Shown: positions 17,676-27,300, numbered from the stretch's first letter. The stretch: 64,000 nucleotides of DNA from Candidatus Cloacimonadales bacterium (GCA_963662655.2 CAXXTU010000002.1:32001-96000); one strand, 5' to 3'. The notes: a model not told the origin generated them from the sequence alone. A program made the numbers and translations.

Positions 17676-20228
17676 ATGATAAAGACGGCGCAATCCAAGT
17701 TAGTACCTATATTGATCGTGGTCGCGATCCTGGTGATTGTCCTTCCGCAGCAGGCTCAGGAGAAGCTTGTGGGGGACATCGACAGCCTGCAAGCAGACAG
17801 CCTGCCGGCTGTTTCCGATTCATTGGATAGCCTTTATTTAACATCCGATAGCTTGTTTTCAGACAGCCTTTACACTTTTTCCGATAGTCTGGCTCTGGAT
17901 AGTCTTTATACCCTTGCGGACAGCATTGCCATTGAAGATTCGGTAGCCATCGATTCCATCTATTACAAAGCCGACAGCGTTTTCTACTATGTGCAGAAGG
18001 AACGGATCAAGCTTTCCGGCAACGCGTTCCTGCGGTACCAAGGCGCGACCATCAGCTCGGACACAATTAGCGTCGATATGAAGGAACAGCAAGCATCGTC
18101 CCAGGGGCAGGCACTGATGAAAGAGGGCGCGCACCAGTTGTTGGGCGAGGAAATCCATTTCGATATCGAGAATCAGACCGGCTTGATCGCGCAGGGCGCG
18201 ACGAAGTTCGACAAGGGTTATTACTACGGCAAGGAAGTGAGGAAGGTCGGGAAGGAAGTCTTCGATATCGATAGCGGCTACTTTACCACTTGTGATTCAG
18301 AAGAGCCGCATTACTACATCTTCTCGCGCGATATGCGAATGTATAAGGACGACAAGATCGTTGCCAAACCGGTTGTGTTTTACGTGAATCACTTCCCTGT
18401 GCTTGCCTTGCCGTTTGCAACGTTTACCATCAAGCGGGGGAGGCAGACCGGATTTCTGGTTGCGGAGCCTGGCTATAACAGCAGCGATGGAAAATATTTG
18501 AAGAATATCGCGTACTTCATCGCCTTCAGCGATTACGCGGATGTGACGGCTGCATTGGATTATATGGAAAAGACCGGTTGGGAAAGCCGGGTGAATGGGC
18601 GCTACAATAAGCAATACGATTTCCACGGCGATTATCTAACGCGATTGAAAAAGCGCAACGGAGGCTTGGGAAGCAGCGATACATACGAGTGGTTAATTGA
18701 ATCGAACCATCATCATGATCTCGGATATCAAACAACTTTCGACTCCGATCTTTATTTTATCAGCAACAAAAACATCCTGGATAATAGCGATGATATCAAT
18801 GAGCGTTTGAAGGAAAGCATCAAATCTTCGATGACCTATAAAACGCCGCTGTTTGATCGGACGCTTTCCGTGCATGGATCGTATTCCGAGGATCTCGTCA
18901 AGGATTTGAAGAAGCTCACATTGCCTTCCATCAGTTATTCACTACCATCCAAACCGGTGTATGAGCTTTTCCTGGATAGCAAGGACATCGAAGAGAAAGA
19001 GGATGACGACGACGAGGACAGTTGGTGGGAGCCGCTATCGTATTCGTATTCGTTCGATGGTGCACACACCGGGACGATAACCGAGAAGGATCCTGATCTG
19101 AGATACGTTTTATGGAAGAATCACAAGGATTCAACCGGTACCTATATCAGTGAGCACCATGCCGGTATTCACAATTCGGCGGGATTGAATTACTCCTGGA
19201 AGGCTTTCGGCTGGCTTAGCTTGAGTCAGTCTGTAAAGGGGAATGCGATCATTATCGATCGGGGCCGGAACAGCGACGAGCTTGCCGGCGGTTACGATTA
19301 CAGCACAACTTCCAAAGCGTCTTTTTCCATGTACGGCACCCGGCAGATGCCCGAGAAATACATCAGCGGTGTGCGCCATATCTTTACGCCATCGGTATCG
19401 TTTACATATAAGCCGGATTTCACAGAGAACGAGGATCTTTACAGCTTCGGAAGCGTGTATGTGAATTCCGGGGGGAAGAGCCGGACCATAAGCTATGCGC
19501 TGAACAACACATGGCAGATAAAGCTCCGAGGAAAAGACGATGAAAAAGAGAAAAAGCTGAATGACTTCGTGAGTACCTCCTCCAGGTTGACATACAATAT
19601 GGAGAAGGAAGGCAAGAAATTCAGCAACATAACACATTCCATCTCGTTCAAGCCGGCAAGCGCCGATCTGAGACTAATGAGCCTGAACTGGTACAACTCC
19701 GGTTCGGTGACGCAGGACGCTTACAATTTCGATGTGGACTACTGGAAGCTTTCCAGCAAGCTGACACTTTCCGGAGATGCGCCGTATACGGATTACTTTC
19801 CCGAACCACTGAACAGGTTCGAAACGAGTAAGTTTTTCGTCGAGGACTCGCTGACGACAGAGGACGATTCCCCCAGCAAGCTGGATACGATCGAGAAGAT
19901 TGAGGAGCTTGCCGATACGGAGAATTGGAAGATCACGGTGGATCATGATTACTCGAAGTACGTGACGTCGGACAGATATACAAGCAACCTCAGGATTACA
20001 TCATCATTCCGCGTAACCCAGAACTGGATCATCAGCTACGATAATCAAATCGATCTCAAGGAGAGCGAGTTCGTATCTCACAGCCTTCTTATCACAAGGA
20101 TGCTTCATTGCTGGAAGCTGACGTTCAAGTGGGAGAAGAGCGGAGACTATTGGGATTACCGGCTGACGCTCTTCGCCATCAAGCTGCCCGATGCGTTGAA
20201 GTTCCGTACTTCCGACAACAAGCATTAG
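17676..20228 (+). CDS. lptD: Putative LPS-assembly outer-membrane protein LptD
   Basis: N-terminal beta-jellyroll (Y.ADSV.Y...I.L.GNA...Y), FTTCD...PHY, RQTGFL..P, beta-barrel-like C-terminus ending RMLHCW. Confidence 0.8.
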   Translation: MIKTAQSKLVPILIVVAILVIVLPQQAQEKLVGDIDSLQADSLPAVSDSLDSLYLTSDSLFSDSLYTFSDSLALDSLYTLADSIAIEDSVAIDSIYYKADSVFYYVQKERIKLSGNAFLRYQGATISSDTISVDMKEQQASSQGQALMKEGAHQLLGEEIHFDIENQTGLIAQGATKFDKGYYYGKEVRKVGKEVFDIDSGYFTTCDSEEPHYYIFSRDMRMYKDDKIVAKPVVFYVNHFPVLALPFATFTIKRGRQTGFLVAEPGYNSSDGKYLKNIAYFIAFSDYADVTAALDYMEKTGWESRVNGRYNKQYDFHGDYLTRLKKRNGGLGSSDTYEWLIESNHHHDLGYQTTFDSDLYFISNKNILDNSDDINERLKESIKSSMTYKTPLFDRTLSVHGSYSEDLVKDLKKLTLPSISYSLPSKPVYELFLDSKDIEEKEDDDDEDSWWEPLSYSYSFDGAHTGTITEKDPDLRYVLWKNHKDSTGTYISEHHAGIHNSAGLNYSWKAFGWLSLSQSVKGNAIIIDRGRNSDELAGGYDYSTTSKASFSMYGTRQMPEKYISGVRHIFTPSVSFTYKPDFTENEDLYSFGSVYVNSGGKSRTISYALNNTWQIKLRGKDDEKEKKLNDFVSTSSRLTYNMEKEGKKFSNITHSISFKPASADLRLMSLNWYNSGSVTQDAYNFDVDYWKLSSKLTLSGDAPYTDYFPEPLNRFETSKFFVEDSLTTEDDSPSKLDTIEKIEELADTENWKITVDHDYSKYVTSDRYTSNLRITSSFRVTQNWIISYDNQIDLKESEFVSHSLLITRMLHCWKLTFKWEKSGDYWDYRLTLFAIKLPDALKFRTSDNKH

Positions 20229-20253
20229 AGAGAAGAGAGAGTGAGTACGAAGT

Positions 20254-20391
20254 GTTTGCTCTGGGGCACCTTCGCCCGATCCGCTTTTCAACGTGGATAT
20301 ACCACACCCTTACAAATTGGGTGAAGTAATGAGGTAAGGGTGTGAAACACCACGCCGAAAAGCGGATCGAACGAATCTGCCTCCGGCGAAC
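20254..20391 (-). repeat. Long imperfect hairpin element, family B copy 1
   Basis: Inverted arms TTCGCCCGATCCGCTTTTCAACGTGG...CACACCCTTAC / GTAAGGGTGTG...CCACGCCGAAAAGCGGATCGAACGAA; aligns end to end with the reverse complement of 57995-58128. Confidence 0.85.
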
Positions 20392-20434
20392 GAGGTTGAA
20401 GACCGTGTAACTGCAAGAAGAGAGGGATATCGCA

Positions 20435-21013
20435 ATGAAGACCGTATTTCTCGATCGGGACGGAACCATCAACAAAGACGAAGTGGGCTATATCAAGCGT
20501 GCGGAGGACTTCCATCTGTTTCCCGCGAGCGCGAGCGCGATTGCCTTGCTGAATCAGGCTGGCTACCGTGTGATTGTCGTGACGAACCAGAGCGGGATTG
20601 CGCGTGAGTATTACACCTTTGAGCAGATTGACGCGGTACACGCGCGATTGCATGAGCTTCTCGCGAAGGAAGGGGCGCATGTCGACGACATCTTCATCTC
20701 TCCGTATCACCGCAAAGGAACGCTGCCGCCGTACAACGTGGATCACGAGGACCGCAAGCCGGGACTGGGGATGTTTCGCAAGGCGAGGGGGAAATACGAG
20801 ATTTCCGTGAGCGATTCGTGGATGATTGGCGATAAATACGCGGACGTGTTGTTTGGCCGGAAGGCCGGATTGCGAACGATTCTGGTGGAAACTGGCTACG
20901 GCCGCGAGGAGTTTATCGAGCGTCGCCATGAGTGGGATATCCAGCCCGACTATGTTGCAAAGGATTTACTGGCCGCGGTGAAGTTGATACTGTGGGCGGA
21001 AGGGAATCAATAG
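20435..21013 (+). CDS. gmhB: D-glycero-D-manno-heptose 1,7-bisphosphate phosphatase (HAD IIIA)
   Basis: FLDRDGTIN, VVTNQSGIAR, RKPG.GM, MIGDK..DV. Confidence 0.85.
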   Translation: MKTVFLDRDGTINKDEVGYIKRAEDFHLFPASASAIALLNQAGYRVIVVTNQSGIAREYYTFEQIDAVHARLHELLAKEGAHVDDIFISPYHRKGTLPPYNVDHEDRKPGLGMFRKARGKYEISVSDSWMIGDKYADVLFGRKAGLRTILVETGYGREEFIERRHEWDIQPDYVAKDLLAAVKLILWAEGNQ

Positions 21014-21738
21014 AATTCAGAATCTTTCGCCAGGAGAATCCCGGTCAATTGACCTCCCGCCGAGATCGCTGCCGTTTCCGCGCGAACGATGTGATTACCG
21101 AGCGAGAAGGTCGTAATTCCTTGTTCCAGAATCCAATTCTTCTCATCCTCCGAGAAACCGCCTTCGGGACCTATAACCAGACAAATATTTTCCCTGCCGT
21201 CAACCAGCGTTAGCAGATTCGCTTTCTTTTCCCATTCCGATGCCAACAGAATCTTGTAGCCGGATGCTCGCACCGCATCCAGTTGCTGCCGAAAATCTTT
21301 AACGGGGTGAATCCTGGGGAGAAAGGCACCGTCACACTGTTTGATGGCGGTAATTACAACAGCTTCGAATTTCCCCGCCGCGTTGCCGGAATCCTTTCGC
21401 ACCGTGTAATCGCCGAGAAAGGGAAAGAAATCCTTGAATCCGAGCTCGGTGAGCTTCTCGACAATCATGTGGTCGTGCTTGTTGCGGAGCAGAGAGAACG
21501 CGATTGCGATTCGGGGTTCGCTCGCGACTTTTTCTTCCAGGGAGTCGATCACGAGCTCTGCTTTCTTCTTGCCGATGCTTTCGATGGTCGCTTCCGCGAG
21601 TACGCCGTTGCCGTTGGTCAGCAGAATACGCGTTCCAACGGGCTTGCGCATAACGTGAAACAGGTGATGGAGTTCATCACCTGTCAAAGTCGCTTTCTTT
21701 TGTCCGGGCGAGAGCTCGGGCAGATAATAGCATGGCAT
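21007..21738 (-). CDS. rsmE: 16S rRNA m3U1498 methyltransferase
   Basis: HHLFHVMR, EKLTELG, AIKQC, IGPEGGFS, LGNHIVRAETAA. Confidence 0.93.
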   Translation of the reverse strand: MPCYYLPELSPGQKKATLTGDELHHLFHVMRKPVGTRILLTNGNGVLAEATIESIGKKKAELVIDSLEEKVASEPRIAIAFSLLRNKHDHMIVEKLTELGFKDFFPFLGDYTVRKDSGNAAGKFEAVVITAIKQCDGAFLPRIHPVKDFRQQLDAVRASGYKILLASEWEKKANLLTLVDGRENICLVIGPEGGFSEDEKNWILEQGITTFSLGNHIVRAETAAISAGGQLTGILLAKDSEFY

Positions 21739-22892
21739 CAGACGAAGAATTCCTTGAGCTTGTTCAAGAACGATTTCCCCGGCTGGAGGCGTTTCTCGGA
21801 ATCGTACTGCGCGAGTTCTTCCAGAAGTCGCTTCTCCTCAGGATTGATCTTGGTTGGTGTGATCACGCGAACGCGAACGTAGAGATCGCCCTTGTAGCCG
21901 CTGTTGACCTCGGGAAGTCCCTGGCCGCGGATGCGGAAAATCTTGCCCGACTGCGTTCCGGCCGGAACCTTCATCTTGACCTTACCGGAGAGTGTTGGAA
22001 TCTGTAGGTCGGTTCCCAGCGCAGCTTGCGAGAAGCTGATGGGGAATTCGCAGATGAGGTTGTTGCCGTCACGTTCGAAAACATCGTCCTCTTTCTCCTG
22101 GATGATGACGATGATGTCGCCGCGCTGCCCGTTCCGCTTGCCGATGTTACCCTGTCCGCGCAGGCGTATGTATTGCCCCTCGGCAACGCCTGCCGGTATG
22201 TGAATGTTGATGGTTTTCGAGACAGAGACGCGCCCCTCGGTGTTACACTTCGGGCACGGATTCTCTATGATCTTGCCCTCGCCGTGGCAGCTCGGGCAAG
22301 CCGTCATGGTGGCAACCTGTCCAAAAATAGAGCGCTGTAAGCGACGTACCTGGCCGGTGCCGTGGCACTGCGAACAGGTCTTGGAATTGCCGTCCGTGGA
22401 GCCGCTTCCGTTGCAGGAATCGCACGGGTCCATCACGCTGATCTTGATTTTCTTATCGGTACCGTTGGCAATTTCTTTCAGCTTGAGCGACAACGTGAGT
22501 TGCAAATCTTCACCGCGGTTGGATTGCTGCCGGTGACCTCCGCTGCCGAATCCACCGCCGCCTCCGAAGAAGCTCTCGAAGATGCTGCTGAATCCGCTGA
22601 AGATATCGGAGAACTCGCCCTGATGCGAGAAGTCCTGCCAGGAGAATCCACCACCGCCAAACGCCCCTTCAAGGCCGGCGTGACCGTACTGATCATACTT
22701 CTGGCGCTTGTCGGTGTCGCTGAGAACCTCGTAGGCCTCCGCGGCTTCCTTGAATTTCTCTTCCGCTTCCGGGTTGTCCTTGTTCTTGTCGGGATGATAC
22801 ATCATCGCCAGCTTGCGATATGCCTTCTTGATTTCGGAAGCGTCGGCTGTCTTCTCTATTCCAAGCACTTCATAGTAATCACGTTTTGCCAT
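21738..22892 (-). CDS. dnaJ: Chaperone DnaJ
   Basis: J domain with HPD, G/F-rich region, four CxxC zinc-finger repeats. Confidence 0.98.
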   Translation of the reverse strand: MAKRDYYEVLGIEKTADASEIKKAYRKLAMMYHPDKNKDNPEAEEKFKEAAEAYEVLSDTDKRQKYDQYGHAGLEGAFGGGGFSWQDFSHQGEFSDIFSGFSSIFESFFGGGGGFGSGGHRQQSNRGEDLQLTLSLKLKEIANGTDKKIKISVMDPCDSCNGSGSTDGNSKTCSQCHGTGQVRRLQRSIFGQVATMTACPSCHGEGKIIENPCPKCNTEGRVSVSKTINIHIPAGVAEGQYIRLRGQGNIGKRNGQRGDIIVIIQEKEDDVFERDGNNLICEFPISFSQAALGTDLQIPTLSGKVKMKVPAGTQSGKIFRIRGQGLPEVNSGYKGDLYVRVRVITPTKINPEEKRLLEELAQYDSEKRLQPGKSFLNKLKEFFV

Positions 22893-23004
22893 TGGGGTAC
22901 CTCGTATAATTTATAGACCCGCAGACATCCTTCTCCGGGTGGGGAAAAGGATGTCGCGGGGTATCATTACGTTATCATATTCGATTTTGTCGTCCTTCGA
23001 TACA

Positions 23005-23158
23005 TCCTTCGACTCCGCTCAGGATGACACTAAAGCAGGCTCAGGATGACACTAAAGCAGGCTAAGGATGACACAAGGGTAGACCCAGGATGTCACTAAG
23101 CTTGGCTCAGGATGCCAAGCAGTATATGCTCCATTCCACTCTCTGTCATTCTGAGCGA
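23005..23158. repeat. REP-like repeat with a tandem array of five 22-bp units and an inverted partial copy
   Basis: TCCTTCGACTCCGCTCAGGATGACA at 23005-23029; unit GCTCAGGATGACACTAAAGCAG exact at 23017 and 23039, degenerate at 23061, 23083, 23105; TGTCATTCTGAGCG near 23144. Confidence 0.85.
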
Positions 23159-23192
23159 GACAAAGCACGACAGCTTAGGACATTCAGGTCAA

Positions 23193-25145
23193 CTATTCGT
23201 CGTCAACGACCTCGAAGTCTGCGTCAACCGGACCATCCTGCTTGGGCTGTTCCTGCTGCGCTTGCTGTTGCGCCTGCTGTTGGAAGTCCTCCGGGCCTGG
23301 CTGTCCGCCACCGGCTTGCGCCTGTTCCTGCTGCATCTTCTGATACATGATTTCGCCGATCTTCTGTGCCTTCTTGGCGAGCTCGTCGCGTGCGGCTTCG
23401 AAGTCTTCCTTGCTCTGGCCTTTTTCGAGCTTCTCTTTCGCGACTTTGAGCGCTTCTTCGATGTTCTTCACATCGTCTTCGGTAAGCTGATCCTTGTATT
23501 CTTCCATGCTCTTTTCAGTGCTGAAGATCAGGGTGTCCAGCTCGTTACGGGCCGAGATGCTCTCTTTGCGCTTCTTGTCCTCGTCCGCGTGCGCTTCGGC
23601 GTCCTTGACCATGCGATCGATTTCTTCCTCGCTGAGGGAGCCCGTTCGTTCGATTTTGATCGATTGCTCTTTGCCGGTGCCCTTGTCCTTTGCGGAGACA
23701 TGCATGATGCCGTTGGCGTCGATGTCGAACGCGACTTCGATCTGCGGCATTCCGCGCGGAGCCGGTGCGATTCCAACGAGGTCGAAACGCCCCAGCGTGC
23801 GGTTGTCTTGCGCCATGGAGCGTTCGCCCTGGAGCACGTGGATCGAAACCGCCGTCTGGTTGTCTGCCGCGGTCGAGAATACCTGGCTCTTCTTGGTGGG
23901 GATGGTGGTGTTGCGCTGGATGAGCGCTGTCATCACGCCACCGAGCGTCTCGATACCCAGCGAAAGAGGGGTGACATCGAGAAGCAGAATATTGTCCAGA
24001 TTCTCGTCGCCGGCGAGGATACCGCCCTGGATCGCTGCGCCAACCGCGACAACTTCGTCCGGGTTCACGCTGCGGTTCGGCTTCTTGTTGAAGAATTTTT
24101 CCACCGCTTCCTGGACAGCCGGGATGCGCGTGCTTCCACCCACCAGGATCACTTCGTCGATCTCGCCGATGTTGAGACTGGCGTCGTTGAGTGCGCTCTG
24201 GCACGGGCGGATCGAGCGTTCGATGAGGTCGGCGACCATGCGGTTGAACTGCGCACGGCTGAGGTTCAGGTTCAGGTGCTTCGGGCCGGACGCGTCCGCC
24301 GTGATGAACGGCAGGTTGATGTCGGTGCTTTCGGTTCCCGAGAGTTCGATCTTGGCTTTCTCGGCAGCTTCTTTGAGTCGCTGCATTGCCATGGGATCGC
24401 CGGCGAGGTTAACGCCCTCGGCCTTCTTGAATTCTTCCACGATCCAGTCGATGATCTTCTTGTCGAAGTCGTCGCCGCCCAGATGGGTGTCGCCGTTGGT
24501 GGAGAGAACTTCCACCACGCCTTCCGCGATGTCGAGGATGGAGATATCGAATGTACCTCCGCCGAGGTCGTAAACCGCGACCTTCTCCTCTTTCTTGCTC
24601 TCGAGCCCGTAGGCGAGCGCTGCCGCCGTGGGTTCGTTGATGATGCGCTTCACATCGAGTCCGGCAATGCGTCCGGCGTCTTTGGTCGCCTGGCGTTGCG
24701 CATCGTTGAAGTATGCGGGAACGGTTACGACCGCTTCCTTGATTTCCTGCCCGAGGTAGGATTCGGCAGTCTCTTTCATCTTCTGAAGCACGAACGCCGA
24801 GATTTCCTGCGGGGTATATTCCTTTTTGGTGTTTTCGACGTACACGGTCGCTTCGCCGCTCTTGCCGCTTCGTACCGGGTAGCCGACGATCTCGATTTCC
24901 GAGCCTACTTCATTGATCTTGCGTCCAACAAAGCGTTTAATGGATGCGACTGTGTTTTTCGAATTGGTGATTGCCTGACGTTTCGCCAGCTGTCCCACCA
25001 GCCGCTGTCCGTCTTTGGAGAATCCAACCACCGAGGGAGTTGTGCGGTTTCCTTCCGCGTTGGTGATGACGACGGGTTTTCCACCTTCCATCACCGCTAC
25101 GCACGAGTTGGTCGTGCCCAGATCAATACCTATGATCTTTCCCAT
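23193..25145 (-). CDS. dnaK: Chaperone DnaK (Hsp70)
   Basis: [45 protein letters not shown]. Confidence 0.99.
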   Translation of the reverse strand: MGKIIGIDLGTTNSCVAVMEGGKPVVITNAEGNRTTPSVVGFSKDGQRLVGQLAKRQAITNSKNTVASIKRFVGRKINEVGSEIEIVGYPVRSGKSGEATVYVENTKKEYTPQEISAFVLQKMKETAESYLGQEIKEAVVTVPAYFNDAQRQATKDAGRIAGLDVKRIINEPTAAALAYGLESKKEEKVAVYDLGGGTFDISILDIAEGVVEVLSTNGDTHLGGDDFDKKIIDWIVEEFKKAEGVNLAGDPMAMQRLKEAAEKAKIELSGTESTDINLPFITADASGPKHLNLNLSRAQFNRMVADLIERSIRPCQSALNDASLNIGEIDEVILVGGSTRIPAVQEAVEKFFNKKPNRSVNPDEVVAVGAAIQGGILAGDENLDNILLLDVTPLSLGIETLGGVMTALIQRNTTIPTKKSQVFSTAADNQTAVSIHVLQGERSMAQDNRTLGRFDLVGIAPAPRGMPQIEVAFDIDANGIMHVSAKDKGTGKEQSIKIERTGSLSEEEIDRMVKDAEAHADEDKKRKESISARNELDTLIFSTEKSMEEYKDQLTEDDVKNIEEALKVAKEKLEKGQSKEDFEAARDELAKKAQKIGEIMYQKMQQEQAQAGGGQPGPEDFQQQAQQQAQQEQPKQDGPVDADFEVVDDE

Positions 25146-25159
25146 GATTCATTCCTCCT

Positions 25160-25798
25160 TTATTTCTCTTCTTGATTATCTTTGGTTGCGTCGGCAGGCA
25201 TCTCGCCGTTCGACACGATCACCTTGGCCGGTCGGATCACGCGGTTGTTCATGATGTAGCCGGTTTGAATGACCTGGCTCACCATGTCCGCGTCGTACTC
25301 GGACGGCAGGTGCGCGATGGCGTCGTGGTACATCGGGTCGAATTCTTTTCCCAATGCCTCGATGCGCTCCACGCCTTCCCTCTTCAGGGTCGAAAGCATC
25401 TGCTGGTGGATCAATTCCACGCCCTTCAGGAAGCTGTCGAACTGGTGTTCCTGCTTGCCAGCGTCCAGGGCTCGCTCGAAGTTGTCGATCACTTCGCAAA
25501 TCTCAAGCACGAGCTGCTGGGTGGCGTTCTTGATCCACTGCGCGCGCTCTTCCGTGTTTCTCCTGCGGAAGTTCTCGAACTCTGCCAGGGTGCGCACGTA
25601 TTTGTCCTTGAGCAGTTGATTCTCGCGCCGAAGCACGGTCAACTCGTCTTCCTGCACAGCCTCTTCCTGCTGCCCGGAATCCGCGTCGGTCTCGTGCGAG
25701 ACCGGGATGTCGTTATCTTCTACCGGTTGGGTGACCTTTTTTTCCGCAGCTTTTTTCGCTTCTTCCTGCGGATCATGTTTCTTTTTATTTCTTGTCAT
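25160..25798 (-). CDS. grpE: Nucleotide exchange factor GrpE
   Basis: AEFENFRRR, DNFERAL, FDPMYHDAI, GY....RVIRPAKVIV. Confidence 0.97.
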   Translation of the reverse strand: MTRNKKKHDPQEEAKKAAEKKVTQPVEDNDIPVSHETDADSGQQEEAVQEDELTVLRRENQLLKDKYVRTLAEFENFRRRNTEERAQWIKNATQQLVLEICEVIDNFERALDAGKQEHQFDSFLKGVELIHQQMLSTLKREGVERIEALGKEFDPMYHDAIAHLPSEYDADMVSQVIQTGYIMNNRVIRPAKVIVSNGEMPADATKDNQEEK

Positions 25799-26843
25799 AT
25801 CTCGGTACCATCATACCTTTCTTAGTAGTTTTCGTTATTGCCTGCGCGATATCCCGGATGATCGGTATGTTGCGCTCGTAGTTCATGCGTATGGGTGCCA
25901 GCACGCCGATAAATCCCGGCACGTCGAAAATCTCGTACCGAGAGAACACCAGCGCGACATCGTTGTATGCCGGATGTCCCAAATCCTCGCCGATCAGCAC
26001 ATGGAAGTCGAACTTCGAATCCTGCCGCTCCATGACATCGATCAGGAAGTCCTGCTGCTGCATCAGGTTCAGGAAACGCAGGATGTTGTGCTTCTCGTTG
26101 AACTCCGGGTGCTCCAGGAACGTGATGTTGCTGTCGAAATGGATGAAATAGCTGCTGATCTCGATCATCACCTTGTGGAGCTCCCTAAGGAAGATCGAGA
26201 GCAGGTAGTTCTCCGTCCCTTCTTCGTTATCCAGATGCTCCAGGTAGTGATGCAGGATGTCGTATATTCGCTGCCCCATCAGCTCGTCGTTCGCGTAGCG
26301 AACCAGTACCCTGAGCTGTTGCTCCGTCAGATCGTAGTCCGTGTTGAGGATCACGGTCTTGTCCAGGCCCGAGCTCAAGCTCACCACGAAAAGCAGCTTC
26401 TGCTTGCCGATGCGGAACACCTCGAGTCGCTTGAGAAAACCGTAGGATATCTCCGGCTCCGCCACGAAGCTGAGTTGATCCGTCTCTTTCGCCAGCAGCC
26501 GCATGATATAGTGCAGCGTTTGGGGCGTATCCCGAAAATTCTTCACGATGAAATCGCGAACCAGGTGAGTCTTGTCATACTGCGAACGCGTCAGATCCCG
26601 CGAGATCATCTTCAAATACCGGCGGAAGCCTAGCGTCGTCGGGATTCTTCCTGCTGACGTGTGCGGCTGGAAGATGAGGTTACGTTTCTCAAGCTTGTGT
26701 AAATCAATGCGAACAGTGGCCGGACTTACATCGGGCACGTACTTCTTGCATAGCAAGCCCGATGAAACCGTCTCGTTTGTATGGATGAACTCCGATACGA
26801 GGGCTCGCAGCACGATTCCTTCGCGGATTTCATTCTTTTTCAT
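25785..26843 (-). CDS. hrcA: Heat-inducible transcription repressor HrcA
   Basis: SPATVR.DL..LE....I.QPHTSAGRIPT..G.R; GVLAPIRMNY; first gene of the grpE-dnaK operon. Confidence 0.95.
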   Translation of the reverse strand: MKKNEIREGIVLRALVSEFIHTNETVSSGLLCKKYVPDVSPATVRIDLHKLEKRNLIFQPHTSAGRIPTTLGFRRYLKMISRDLTRSQYDKTHLVRDFIVKNFRDTPQTLHYIMRLLAKETDQLSFVAEPEISYGFLKRLEVFRIGKQKLLFVVSLSSGLDKTVILNTDYDLTEQQLRVLVRYANDELMGQRIYDILHHYLEHLDNEEGTENYLLSIFLRELHKVMIEISSYFIHFDSNITFLEHPEFNEKHNILRFLNLMQQQDFLIDVMERQDSKFDFHVLIGEDLGHPAYNDVALVFSRYEIFDVPGFIGVLAPIRMNYERNIPIIRDIAQAITKTTKKGMMVPRYDKK

Positions 26844-26873
26844 ACGATTAGCTCCTGTATCTCTTGATTTTAT

Positions 26874-26900
26874 TTAGCAGCACATCGCTTCGACTGCTAA
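26874..26900 (-). promoter_or_regulatory. CIRCE operator (variant), downstream of the promoter
   Basis: Minus strand TTAGCAGTC-N9-TGCTGCTAA versus consensus TTAGCACTC-N9-GAGTGCTAA, about 30 nt upstream of hrcA. Confidence 0.85.
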
Positions 26901-26909
26901 TTCGACAAC

Positions 26910-26938
26910 AAGATAATATTGAGCCCTGAAATTGTCAA
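26910..26938 (-). promoter_or_regulatory. Sigma70-type promoter of the hrcA operon
   Basis: Minus strand TTGACA-17 nt-TATCTT. Confidence 0.75.
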
Positions 26939-26958
26939 ACGAATTCTTTGAGTGCTAA
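26932..26958 (-). promoter_or_regulatory. Second CIRCE operator overlapping the -35 box
   Basis: Minus strand TTAGCACTC-N9-GTTTGACAA: one perfect half-site; the other half contains TTGACA. Confidence 0.7.
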
Positions 26959-27011
26959 CTTTTCCTCCGGCGGGTCTCTCGTTAACCACTCGATCACTAC
27001 GTATAACTGCC

Positions 27012-27160
27012 CGAAATGCGCTCGCAATAAGGGTGGGTGGGAACCGACTCGCGATTGGCGAGGGATTTGCCTTTTGCGGCTTCTGCGTGTAGCAGAAACG
27101 AAAAGCAAATCCCATGACAATCGTCGAGGCGGGGACCTTTGAAAATACGAGCGCATTTCG
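27012..27160. other. About 150-nt rod-like hairpin of unknown function
   Basis: CGAAATGCGCTCG/CGAGCGCATTTCG (13 bp) closing CTCG-CGATTG/CAATCG-CGAG, GGGATTTGC/GCAAATCCC and TTCTGC/GCAGAA. Confidence 0.7.
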
Positions 27161-27275
27161 TCAATGCACGATAATTGACATGTACACCAATGGGCTCAGT
27201 AAGATATCCTGCTTTGTTCTGAAAACAAGTATGATCGGGGTGTCAATCGGTTGTTTCCCAAATAGTTGTCCGCTG

Positions 27276-27300
27276 TGTCATCCTGAGCGGAGTCGAAGGA
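27276..27300 (+). repeat. REP-like 25-nt repeat
   Basis: TGTCATCCTGAGCGGAGTCGAAGGA, exact reverse complement of 23005-23029. Confidence 0.85.

Noticed and set aside
23017..23126. Possible CRISPR array
   Set aside because: Period is only 22 nt with ~8-nt variable parts, the first two units are identical, and there are no cas genes; it is a tandem repeat
23112..25175. 687-aa ORF on + antisense to dnaK
   Set aside because: Well-known shadow ORF on the strand opposite dnaK/Hsp70 genes, caused by codon bias; no independent motifs
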